Below, in pieces: positions 26,423-38,432 of a stretch of DNA of 64,000 nt (within the stretch, counting starts at the first letter, position 1; each line of letters begins with the position of its first letter). The notes under the pieces were generated by a model. The model did not search any database. It saw only the letters and a program-made list of their open reading frames with translations, and was not told the origin of the DNA. The DNA lies in assembly GCF_001194135.2 (NCBI RefSeq), contig NC_068987.1, positions 104,811,200 to 104,875,199 of the forward strand. Direction: 5' to 3'. Source of the stretch: Octopus bimaculoides. Its lineage: Eukaryota. Both the position numbers and the translations under genes were made by a program.

Positions 26423-27620
26423 ACGGGCTTCTTTCAGTTTCCGTCAACCAAATCCACTCACAAGGCTTTGGTCGACCCAAGGCTATAGTAGAAGACACTT
26501 GCCCAAGATGCCACGCAGTGGGACTGAACCCGGAACCATGTGGCTGGTAAGCAAGCTACTTATCACACAGCCACTCTTGTGCCTACTGATTATTGCTAAA
26601 CAATAATCAGTATGATGGTAGTAAATGCTGAGTTAAAAATTGAATTTTGTAAATATGTTTGCTTTTGTACCATTTAGGGTTCCTCAGTAGGAGAAGATGA
26701 TAACTGAAATGCAAAAACAAACAGTATTCCATTTGTTATATTAAATGGAGTGGGAGATATGAAATGAATTGCTAAGCAAATTTCTTATATGGAGTTAATA
26801 AATCACATATGGTTTCTAACCCAGCATGAAGGCTTAGATTTTAAAAGTTAAAATAGAAGCTAAACAAGATGGGGTTATGGTGGTAGTTGTTTGCAGGTTG
26901 GATGTGCTGCCAAGCCAAGCTAACGACTGTGAGAGAAGTATTAGTCAAAAATAAACAGATACAAGCTTTAGGCTATCTCTATGCACATTATGATTTCAGC
27001 CAGACTCAATGCTTATTCCGAAGCTTGTATTATTAGTAGATTTGAAAACAAATTACATCCAGACGATATCATAGAAATGCAACAAGAACGGTATTATTAT
27101 AAAGAAAATTTATCATCTTTGGTGGGTGTGCAGTACTCACCTAACACACCCAGAAATGTACACCTGCTTAAATATCATTACCATCCGCATCATAAACAAT
27201 AACGAGTATCTCATGTGTCTGTCTAACATATCTATCCTTGTAATTCAAGGTGGAGTTTTCCTGTGACATATATTTCCTTTAGTAGTCAATTCATTCCAAA
27301 TATCAGTAGGTGTCCTGCCAATAGGATAAAAGCTAATACAGATGATATGTACTATCTATGTTCTACAGTTTAACAGCTGGTCAACAAGCATGTGAATGGG
27401 GGGAAATTTCCCAGGGAGACCTTCTGCGTGTAGAACATGTATTTAAATGGTAGAGTAATATAATGTATTCGGCCAAGCATTCTTTTTAATTAATTAGAAT
27501 TATATTTCTAGTAAAAGGAAAAATCATTAGCTTTAATAATAGATTGGTGTCAGGACAAGGGAGACAACTTCACAACCTAAATTAAAAATATAGGAAGTGA
27601 GTTCATCAATGGCAATTACA

Positions 27621-27662
27621 TTGAAAACATGTTTCGGTCTTATTATAACCTCCTCAGTAAAG
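27621..27662 (-). ncRNA. Degenerate hammerhead-like motif
   Basis: Minus strand CTGAGGA-GGT(tataataag)ACC-GAAA-CATG-TT; core intact, palindromic ACATGT stem III, but stem I does not pair. Confidence 0.3.
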
Positions 27663-27849
27663 TATACTCTAACCAATATTTGCAAGACCTAAGGGACTGA
27701 GAGTATGAATGTTTTGAAAAACACTGACAAATCTTAGCCTTAGTTAATTTGGCAAAAGTAATGTTATAATCCTCACATCATCAAAACTTTCGACCATATC
27801 TAGCATGCACACCGCTTATCAAGACTACCCATCTATAGGCTCCATACAT

Positions 27850-28330
27850 TTCTCACCACTTAGATCTGCAGCTTCCTATCAAATCCTATCACCACATGTG
27901 CTAGCAGAGAATTTTCTGTCCTTCATTTAATCAATTCCAGCAATCCTTAGAGTTCAGCTGGCCCCCTTTCTGCAAGATCAGAAGATATTTCAGTTCCCAA
28001 CAATTGCTGTCATTCTACAAAGCTCAGGTGAGCCCAACAATAGAACACTGCTCTCACATCTGGGATGGTGCTGCTGCACTCAAAGACATCCTTGACCCCT
28101 TCCAGAAAAGAGCCATCAGATTGGTTGGCTTAAAGCCACTCACAAGCACACTCCAGCCTCCGGTTCATTGATATGCTGTCTCTGTTATCAGCCTCTTTTT
28201 TTTATTGTTCCTACCATAATGCATAATGGCCTCTGCTTTTGGTTCTAGCTGGACTCAGGCCACTCCCACCCAGGCATTCCTAACCCACTTATCTTTTCTC
28301 TCATCACCTCAACACCCCAGACACTGCACT
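27850..28330 (+). mobile_element. L2/CR1-group LINE fragment
   Basis: From 28013: FYKAQVSPTIEHCSHIWDGAAALKDILDPFQKRAIRLVG, matching the LYKAQVRPxxEYCSHxW...LDxxQxRAxRL post-RT motif. Confidence 0.75.
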
Positions 28331-29486
28331 AGTCATTACTTGGGTCTTTCATTCTCAGAATGTCAGCTTTCAGTCCCTTCCTGCTCACATCTTTCCTTAA
28401 GTGTTGATTTGCAAAAGTCATGGCCACTGCCCTTCATCTGGATCCACCAAGTTTACACACACACACACACACACACACATATGAAAGGTGTGGTACCTTA
28501 GGCAAGTGTCTTCAATTACAGCCTTGTAAGTGAATTTGGTTGGTGGAAACTAAACCATATATATCATCATCATCATCATCATAAATATTTGTAGAATGTA
28601 ATGCTTGTGTTTTGTGTGTTATTTCTTTCTTTGACAACTATATTCCATGCACATTATAGGACTTCTTATAAACTTATTTGTGGAGATGTAAAGCTAATCA
28701 TACAGCAAGGTAGCTAATCACCTAATTGCATGTTAAAACCCAGAAAGAGAGCCAGTCGTTATTCCCAATAATGAAAATTCACAATACCCAGTTTGAGAAT
28801 CTGCAACAGATTAATTAATAGTGTGACAAATGAAGATGCAACTGAGGACAGGTTGTAGAATCAGCATGAAACTTTAGGTTTGGGTAATATTTATCAGACT
28901 GAAGGTGACCCACGTCTCGTCTTTTTGTGTGCAGACAGCCCTTAGCGAAATGTTTATCATCAACGGGCATATTAAATAACTGTTCTTCGACATACGGTAA
29001 GTGGATCATACTGCGGGGGTGAATATAGTATAAATTTTGGCAAGATAAACAGGTATATAATATATATGTATACATATATAGAAAACTTAAAAAAAGATGT
29101 GCAGCACGTTTGCTTATAAGCAAGTACAAACGTGTGTGTGTATGAGTGTATGTGTTTGTGCGCGTGTGGGTACGTTCAGATAGATGAAGAGAAAGACAAA
29201 TAGTGGGAGGATAGAGAGACTGCTTATTTTACTCGAGTATCATAACAGAGGCATTAAAGTTTTTTTTTTCTTGTTTTGTTTATAAAGGCTTCTTAAAAAT
29301 GGGAATGAAAACTGGAGCAAATTACTGATTGGCTGTACACCGTAGTTATTTATGGTAAACTTTCTGAAAGGTGGTTCTGTGGGAAAAAAAATGTTCAAAT
29401 TGGAAATGACAAGTTTAGCATTTATCAAGGAAATATGAATGATAATAATAGCAACAACAACAACAATAACAATAATAAAAGCATAC

Positions 29487-29982
29487 CTGCGGCAAAACGG
29501 CGCCCAAAGATATTATCCCTGCGATGTTTACAACTCAGTAAACAGTTAAGTCCTATCTGAGAGTTGGCTACTTCTCGGATACACATAATGCATTCCATCC
29601 TTAATACCATGTCGCTTAGATGGGGACTGTGCACTTCGGTTAGATTACGTAAACACTGGAATAAAAGACCTAATCCATCAAATTCTAGAAATTCTTTCAT
29701 CCAGTCCAAATCACTGCATTTAATTGCTCGGCACAACTTGCCCAGGTTTTGAACTGTCGGATTACGGATCCACCACAGAAATTCTGTAGCATCACTTTCT
29801 TCGGGTTTTTTATTATGTTCATCACCAGCTCCGTCCCCGGCAACATCTTCGTCGTCGGAGCCTGGACAAATCGCTTGGCCCAGAACAAATCCATCAGAAC
29901 GAGCACGTTTCGATCGATCCTTTTTACGTTTGGCGAAGCGACTGGCCTTTCCGGGCCTCATAACCACAGCCTCTTCACTCAT
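29487..29982 (-). CDS. INF2: First coding exon of an inverted formin-2-like gene (N-terminal DID/GBD-FH3 region)
   Basis: MSEEAVV...EFLWWIRNPTVQNLGKLCRAIKCSDLDWMKEFLEFDGLGLLFQCLRNL...LSDMVLRMECIMCIREVANSQIGLNCLL aligns by eye with the INF2 N-terminus ([37 protein letters not shown]...[28 protein letters not shown]). ATG at 29982; phase-1 donor GCAG|GTATGC at 29487/29486, after which the ORF runs into a (TTG/TTA)n repeat. Possible weak acceptor CTACAG| at 30029/30028. No later INF2 exons were recognised in the window. Confidence 0.85.
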
Positions 29983-32900
29983 GATGAATAGTTTGTAGTT
30001 TTTTCTTTTGGTTTTTTTTTCTTTCAATCTGTAGTTCTATCAATACACGTAAAAATGTGTGTGTGCGCGCGCGCGTGAAATTATTAGACTTATACTGCGA
30101 AAAACTTTTACATTTCTTCGTGTTTATAGAAACCTGAATTGTTGATATTTAAAAACAAAAATTCTTCTTCTAACCACAGGAGGCTTTCCGGACCAAAATA
30201 GCTACAAGCTTTGGATGTTTTGCTTCTTATTCACATCATAACAGTAACATTGATAAGATAGAGCGTCCCGACAACTCTGATAGCAAAAATTTGGTACCAT
30301 GCGTCAAGTAACAAGTTTACTGACTTTTCTGCTAAAAGTCAGGTTAGAAACAGCAGCAGCTTGACGTGGTGTGGTGAAGGAAGAGTGGTGGCATTCGAAG
30401 TAGGAGAGAAGACATTCTTCGGCAACAAGCGCAGCAAGTGTAATATCTATCACAAGCCATATCCATAGTAATGCGTCAGTCAGATACTGCTATTCAGCTA
30501 CAGCGAATACCCACAACAAACGTTGGTGTGTGTAGTAAATATCAATGTTTTCATTAGCATTCATCTAAAAAGCAAGAGAACATCTTTTTTTTAATACGAG
30601 TGCTGAGAATCAAAGTTATACACCCGCCTAAAGAAATGGTAAATTGAATCATAATCGTAATAAAATAATAAATACACTTGTAATCATAATTATATGCTAA
30701 ATATTTATTTCTTTATTGCTCACAGGGGGCTAAACAGAGGGGTCAAAAAAGGACAGAAAGAGATTAAGTCGATTACATCGACCCCAGTACGTAACTGGTA
30801 CTTATTTAATCGTCCCCGAAAGGATGAAAGGCAAAGTCGACCTCGGCGGAATTTCAACTCAGAACATAACAGCAGACGAAATACCGCTAAGCATTTCGCC
30901 CGGCGTGCGAACGACTCTGCCCCTCTTACACGCTAAATATTGAATAAGAAAAATGTTAGCAACAACAAACAGACTAAAAATAACTGAAGAATGGGAAATC
31001 CCCTGAGAAAGTTTTTATGTGTATTACATGAAGGTATTTATTAAAGAAAGTAAAGGGTAAACGCAACGTTGGGTTAATATAGAAGGATTAATTCAACTAA
31101 CTATAATAATAATTAAAGTTGTATAAATCATTTTGATCGTAAGTACTGTATAGTCAAAAAATTCAACCGGAGATAAATTAGTTTTTGTTTTGTTTTGTTT
31201 TTGCCTAAGACAAATGTCAGTTTGACAATAGGAGCGAGCAAATGCATGCTTGTGCTTGTTTATATATTTTCATTGACATAAGCAAACTCGTATATAAACA
31301 AACTCCTACACGCATAAACTAAAGGAGTTTTAGTTGATTGAACCATCCAATAGATGAATGAATGAAAAAGATAGATGGACAAGCTTGCGGCGGGTGGGGG
31401 GGGGAGTCAACAGGTGAATGGAGATAAGTAGATGCATAAATTATGCTAATGATTCGCACCACGTCAGCTCTAACCGCGTAGACTGATCAATGGAAAGCAT
31501 TTCACCCACGACCAACTGGCCAGTCGTTTTTTCTTTTAATTTTTTCTTCAGGCTCCTCTATTTCCTTCTTTAAAACAGTAAAGTGTGATTAAAAGATTTA
31601 GTTGTTATTTTCATTAGGTTATTGGCTTGTAATTTTTATCAATTTTAATTAAATGTGGCTGTAAGAAACATAAAAATTACAGTTATACAACATGTGTCAA
31701 TCAACATGTGTGCTCGGTTTGTATTGTGAACGAGGTTAGAGGTCAGACTAAACAGTATAATCTACAAGTGCAAGTTTATTGTTGCTGTAAGATCCAGAAA
31801 TAGATTCAGATACGCTCATCATCCTTGTTGACGGTGTTTAGCCCCAGGTGAACCCTGAAGGAATAATACTTTGATCAACTACATTCCCTTTTAAAATGAA
31901 GACAATGAGTCAAAGTAGGGTACGAAGGAGTACAACGTTCCTCTACTTATCAGCCCACGAAAGGGGTGGCTTATAGTGTCTGGTCTTGAAGCGTAGTTGG
32001 GATGAGGGCGGTCAGTCCCGGACGACATTTTTATATGGGCTGAACCTTTGGGACTGATGTATATGCTTGAAGGCCCAGGGTGGGGCAGCAAACTGAAAGG
32101 CTACCCAGGGCGATACTGGTCTTCTCTCATCTTCTCAACCTCGATCTTTTGGACCATAGCTTACACTTGGTTTTTAATACCCGTTTCCATCACTGTGAAA
32201 TTCTTAACCTCCCATAATCATTAGAGACCGTGATTACCTTGTACTTCATTACATAATGTATCCTTTTCTTTTTTTAAGACTATAAGGAGAAATAGCACTC
32301 AAACATCTGAAGATTTAACTGCTATTTCAAGCAGTTCGAGTGACCAGGTAGAAGATCTTTCTTTAACACCACAACCAATCCGTTCATCATCAGTCAGAAG
32401 GAAGCATCGAGAAATCAAAGACACAGGTCACAGAATAAGAAAACCCCCTTCATGGAAATTAGCCAGAGACGCATTCTACATGAAAACCAAATTGTTAATT
32501 AAGGGCTAACATGATTAATTTCATTTTAAGAGGAGGAAAATCGAAAATCATTTCAGACAGCGTGATTAGAAAAGAATGTTCAATAAAAAAAAGATGTATT
32601 TCGTTATGGAGGTGGGGAAACCTTACTTCAGTAACATAGTTAGGTTGGGGGTCGATGAGAGTAGTTCGCCTCGGGCAATGCTTATATGGAGCCGACACTT
32701 TTGTGTCTGTTGTATAAACATGTATAGGGGGGTGGCAAACACCCAGGTTTCACCACTGCATCACCTAAGGCTAAATAAAACTAATTAGTGGACAAGATCA
32801 CCATTTAAAAGTGGATTTATTCAGAAGCGAGTTTAGAGTTTACTGGTTAGGATTTTCACCACGATATTCTAAGTTAAATGCAACCATTGTCGCAGCCAAA

Positions 32901-34467
32901 TCGATTCTTTCTACTATAGGAATAAGGCCTGGAATTTTGGGAGGAAGGGGATGGTCAGTTATATCGATCCCAGCACTGAACTGGTACTTATTTAATCGAT
33001 TCCCTGAAAGGACGAAAAGTAAGGTCGACCTCGGCGGAATTCGAACTCAGAACGTAAAGCCCGAAGAAATTCCGATAAGTATTTTGTACGGCATGCAACA
33101 GATATCTCAAGGACTTGTATCCGACCGAATGGTTCTGAAGGATTAATATTCAATATATATAAAAAATGAAACGAGTCCGAAAATATGTTCATACGTATAT
33201 TCAATACAATCTCACACCTTTCATTAACAAATAGGTTAGTTATGCAAGAAAGGTGTTGATGGTTAATTAGGACGAGGTATTTCGAAAATAATTGCATTTT
33301 TCTTAACGGACACATCCTTTGAAATGTAAAGGAACACATGGATTTCTAAAAATTGTTTTTATGCTGAGCTCTATATACCGCACTACACAAGTATATAAAA
33401 TGTGTGTGAGATATGTATGTGTCCTGGGTATGAATTTAAACTGAATCCAGTTGTGCAACGATGGTACGGGACTTCCAAGGTTTTGAGGGGTGTGGGACCA
33501 CCCTTAGCCACTATTGTTCTCAAGTCTGCTTTGACCCGGATTAGTAGCACCTGTTAGAATACACGCTATGGGATAATTAGCATGTGAACTACTCGCTAGA
33601 ACTTCCATCTCGTAGCAAGTAAACTGGTATAAAAAAAACAACAACTTGAAGTGCAGTTGGTGTCTAGTCGTCTCAACCTATGTTGTGCCACTTGTTTTAG
33701 GGCTAATTGCACTGGAAAGTGGTTTCACTGTTGTCCAATACTTTATTCACGCAAAACAAATTCAAGAATAGGAACTTCTTGGTCTCTCGGGACGTTTACA
33801 CGGACTTACTAAGATTAGGAAGTGTCTCACTCAGCCACAAGTTGACTGCCACCATGTGTTTGTGTGTGTTTAATGCAATATATTCGCTTGAATTTCTGTA
33901 CTGAACCTCTGTGATTCCCTAGACTAAATTATCTGATATGTCTTCAAATCAATGAGATAAAAATTATCTGCAAGGATAAGATGCCAATTTATTTCTATTC
34001 GACATTGCAAGCATAAGAAACTCTAGTCAGTTTTACAATACTGATAACGTATTCAACAGCGAACAGCTTGCTCCTTATCTTGCCTAGCCTATTAACATTT
34101 TTAAGGAGTAGTCTGGGTCAGAAGCTCTAAAACTGGCAAACTGCGAATTGGCAGGAGCGTTAGAGCGTCGGATGAAATACTTTGCATATTCGTTCCAACT
34201 CCCTGCATTTTAAGTTCGAATTCCGTTGGGGCCAACTTTACATTTTAACCCTACGAGATTTATTCACCTTCTTTCGCGTTTTCTTTGGAATAATATTTGG
34301 CAGAGCTCAAGGTACCGGCAACTCAGGCAGTCACTCGGAGCGCCATGTGCTAGGGGATGCCAAGGAAGGCGTAACAAAGACAAGGAAATTTCCATGACCG
34401 TCAGTTTGTACACGCCGAAGTTTAGCTTGCCCGGGCCGCCAGCAACCCTAGGGCTGGCCCTGGTGTT

Positions 34468-34472
<5 letters not shown>

Positions 34473-34559
<87 letters not shown>

Positions 34560-34578
34560 AAGAGAGAAAGAGAGAGAG
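34473..34578. repeat. (AG)n microsatellite
   Basis: Directly visible. Many other (TA)n, (TG)n, (GATA)n, (ATAC)n, (TTA)n and (GAT)n tracts occur throughout, most N gaps being bordered by them. Confidence 0.95.
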
Positions 34579-37115
34579 ATGGTCTCCAATAGGTTTCGAT
34601 ATTTATGGCACGTTATATGTTATAAACGCTACCCTACGATTCCATCAAGAGATGAGGGGACAAGACAAACTGTCAAATACCACTTCACATCTCAAAAATA
34701 TTAGTGAAGTTTTTCGCCCTCCTTTTTCTTTAATCCCATACTTCACAGCAGCATTACCCCATCCATTTGTGAAGATGGCGACCAGTTGGAGACTGGGAGA
34801 TACTAGCAAAGCTTTCTGGGAGAAAAAAAGCATAAAAAGCAGTAAATATTTTTAAAAATCAACTAAGAAGTGTGAGCAGGAACTCATCTCACTTAAGGAG
34901 ACCATATATCGCTGGTCACAATGCACTTTGCTTCGTTCTAGCTTTCGAATGATGCTAACCCGTTGGCTAGGTGAGCAGGCCAACATTCGCCCTGATTGGA
35001 AGGCCAGTCTGTCACAGGGTTACACATTTACAGCTGAGTGGACTGGACCAACGTGAAATGAAATAATTTTTTGCTCAAAAACACAATGTACTGCTCGGTC
35101 CAGAAATCGAACCCCCGTTCTAGCGATCGTAACCACAACACTGGTCACAAGCCACGTGCCTTCGCAAGCAATAATGTATTTAGTATTAATTACTAAAATA
35201 TTTAAGGAGAAATTTGAAACGGGACCCACATTTCACATTTGGCTTGAACTTTGCCTGAAGTATTTTTTTCTTCTTTTTTTACGACACAAATCACTACTAA
35301 ATTCATGGACGACTAGATTTAATTTATTAGCTGTAGATAGTAAATAGCTGTAGAAGTATTTGACATCTTTCGAGGTTTAAAAGGTTTGATGGGGCAGGTA
35401 ACATCACTTCCATCTCATCTTCATTCTTCCATCACATCTTACGTTTTATTTTTTTTATTTGTTCTATGTCTCCAATGTTTTGTTTGTCCTGCTCTTTGTT
35501 AGCCCGTAATGGGTAACAGTAAAATCTTTCGAGGTTTGAAAGAAGTACACACCAGTTTATAACAATGCAAACAACAATTGCACCTGCTTATTGTGTTTAA
35601 TCTGTTGTTATAGAGTGGTCTTTATCGCACTAAACAGATTTAATTGAATCCAAATGTAACCGATACCAGACAGTTAATTACATAGTTATGTTTAGACTTG
35701 CTAATTGAAAGTTTGTTTAATTAACTTCTCCTGGTCTTGGAATCATTAACACTGGCCAGTATTATCCAGACATGAAGAATTTCATATGCTCCATCTCAAA
35801 GAACTTTGTGAACGCGCCAAAATAGTTTAGATATTGTCTTGAGAACTAATTCCAATGTAAACGAAGTCTGACTGGAAGTACACTTATATACAAAAGATGC
35901 AACTTCTCGCCTTTCAGAATAGTGCTTTGTTTGTCGAAATTAAACTAGAGTGTGACATTTGAAGAATTTCTTGGAACATTGAGGAATAACAGATGCTTCT
36001 TCTCAGATTTTTATTTTTTGATTTTTTAAATAACCTTTTAGTTGAGAGATTGGTGTGACTTAGACTAGAGGTATATTACCACTTTCTGCTACCTCTGCTA
36101 ACTGGTCTTGCAGCCATGTAGTTATATACACACAAAGAAACCTTTGTGTGTATATAACTAGACTGCCCAATGCGTTTTGGCTAAAGACGATTAATACAAT
36201 TTGAGGCAGATTTAGCTGTTATATTTAGCAGGTCGAAAGAACACGTTGAAGCTCTTTTGTTGACTCAAAAATCTGGAGTTTACGCAACAAAGGGAAATCT
36301 GGATAGAGAGCAAGAATAGATTAATGTCAACTGACGCCCTAAACACACACCCACAACAATAGCTCTTTGCTCCTTCCATTGTCTAACTGACAAGTTAGTT
36401 AGACAAGTTAGTAACACGTAATTACTGAATCTGAAGCAAACTCAGTTTTATTCTCGGGCAGGCCTCACATCTATATTGAATGTTAATGTTATTTATATAA
36501 CTTTAAATAGTGATAAGTAATATAAGCAAATTATTTACTTTGACAATAGGGAAAAATGTAGGTTCTCAATATTGTTACAATTTACCATCTACACGATGTT
36601 AAATCCAGCACTAGAAACATTATGCAGTGCCTCACTCAATACCACCAGGAATATGTGCTGCCTGGGACAGTGCTTTGAGTTTGCACACTTCCAGATCCCT
36701 AAGAGTATACAGGCTTATACAGCAGATCCAAACGTGCCACCTTTATAAAAGCGTCGTCTGGGGCGGACCCCCACCCCCTGGTTCCCACCGGCTGCATTTC
36801 CCTTGGTGGCCTAAGCAGGTACTTATTTTATCTAATGGTTAAATCCGTCCCTGGTTGAAAATTGATTCAAACTTGAAGTTCTCGAGAGAAAGAATTTTGT
36901 ATGAAAGGTTAGTATGTAATGGGATATCACAGTTATTTACTGCAGACTCAACAATCCACAAACAACTCTGGAGTCTTTCTCTTATTTCATTTACATCACG
37001 TGTTCACAATTCTCGATCAAGTTACTCCTTTATGAAATCCAGCAATGAGAACAGATGCAGTGGTTTTAATCTTTTAGACTGGAAAGAAAGTAATACAGTT
37101 CTATATTTAAGAGAT

Positions 37116-37528
37116 GAGGAATTATGTACATTATTTGCAATTGACGGATATTTGTCCTCATCTTGTTTGTTGTTAACACAACGTTTCGGCTGATATACCC
37201 TCCAGCCTTCATCTTGGGGAAATTTCGAACCTGAGTTCTCATTCCTAAGGTATTTTTCGATGTTATTATTCAGGTCACTGCCTGGAATCGAACTCTGAAT
37301 CTTGGAGTTAAGAGCGCGGGCTACTAACACCGAGATTCCGAGTTCGATTCCAGGCAGTGACCTGAATGATAATAATAACAATAACAACATCGAAAAATAC
37401 CTTAGGAATGAGAACCCAGGTTCGAAATTTCTTCAAGACACCTGATGAAGGCTGGAGGGTATATTAACCGAAACGTTGTGTTAACAACAAACATGATCAG
37501 GACAAATATCCGTCAATTGTAAATAATG
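37116..37528. mobile_element. Inverted (head-to-head) pair of a tRNA-headed element with a hammerhead-containing tail
   Basis: About 37129-37303 is the reverse complement of about 37331-37528. The plus copy starts with a tRNA-like fragment (GTTAAGAGCGCGGGCTACTAACACC...GAGTTCGATTCC, B box at 37342-37350), then an (AAT)n linker, then the CTGATGAAGG...CCGAAACG tail. Confidence 0.7.
37437..37482 (+). ncRNA. Minimal type I hammerhead ribozyme-like motif
   Basis: GACAC-CTGATGA-A-GGCTG(gagggtatat)TAACC-GAAA-CGT-T-GTGTT: intact core, stem I GACAC/GTGTT, palindromic ACGT stem III, predicted GUU cleavage triplet. Stem II has one mismatch and one G-U pair; the inverted copy at 37186-37207 has the perfect GGCTG/CAGCC stem. 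Confidence 0.6.
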
Positions 37529-37724
37529 GAAAGAAGATGACCTCTACACTCGTTTTTAGTGCCTCCGAGACTGGAGGTTATCAATATTTCTAAAAAACTG
37601 AAACGTTTCCATGCCTGTTGATAATCCCTTTGCATCAATTTTCAATTCCTTATCAGAACTTTGATTTTCCTGAATATTTTCAAGGAGACTTCCTTTTATA
37701 TATATTCTACTTTAACAATTTCAA

Positions 37725-38386
37725 TCACTCGTGATGAATAGTTCCATCGCTTTGAGAAGTATTTTCCTTCAATTCATCGAGCAAAGAAGTTCCTTTCATA
37801 GAGCTACTAAAAATGATAAAATATTTAACCTTGAGATTAAAAGAATGTATGTAATTCAGGAATGTGAGAACAGCTTGACTTACAGCAAAATTCACCTCTG
37901 ATAATCTCTCCCTCTCAAACTTAGCATTAAGTTTGCTTTCCAGTCCAGCAACCGCAGCATCGTATATTTGGGCAACCAGTTGTTTAAAACAGACTAAATC
38001 ATTTAGATTCGTTCGAACTGAATCCAAAAGAAGGGCTTCTTTCTGCTTTAACATAAGTAAATCCAAGAAATATTTCGTAAATTTGTCCATTTCCATCATT
38101 GTAACGATCAACAGATGGAAGAGAGTACATGCAATTTACGTCAGCATAAATGCATTTTGTAATCTCCTTTTTAGTTTGGTCTTCAAGAAGACTGATGGCT
38201 GAATGGATTAGACCATTCTGAAATGTCGAAGAAAATCAACAAGCAGTAGCAGTGTTTAAATGGTTTTGCATATTTTCATCAAAATTAACAACGCAAAAAG
38301 CTAACTCGATATTAATTACCATATTTACAGATAATTCACTATAATCGCGACCACGAAGACTTAATACTTACCTCTTCAAAAAACAT
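37725..38386 (-). pseudogene. Candidate spliced gene or decayed gene of unknown function
   Basis: ATG TTT TTT GAA GAG|GTAAGT (38386-38372), 154-nt intron, acceptor GATTTTCTTCGACATTTCAG| (38218/38217) joins in frame to give a 77-aa ORF ending at 37999. It overlaps the provided 128-aa ORF 37725-38111 in another frame. Confidence 0.25.
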
Positions 38387-38432
38387 GCTATTCTAATTAG
38401 GCTTTTTAAGATATCTCTATTTTGCAAAACGT

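Noticed and set aside
29487-29982. Assignment to a diaphanous (Dia), DAAM or FMNL formin, including the snail chirality formin
   Set aside because: Motif spacing (P-x-V-x-N..L...SD..WM..FLE..GL.LL; SD..L...C..C.R.V.NS..G) fits INF2 better by eye.
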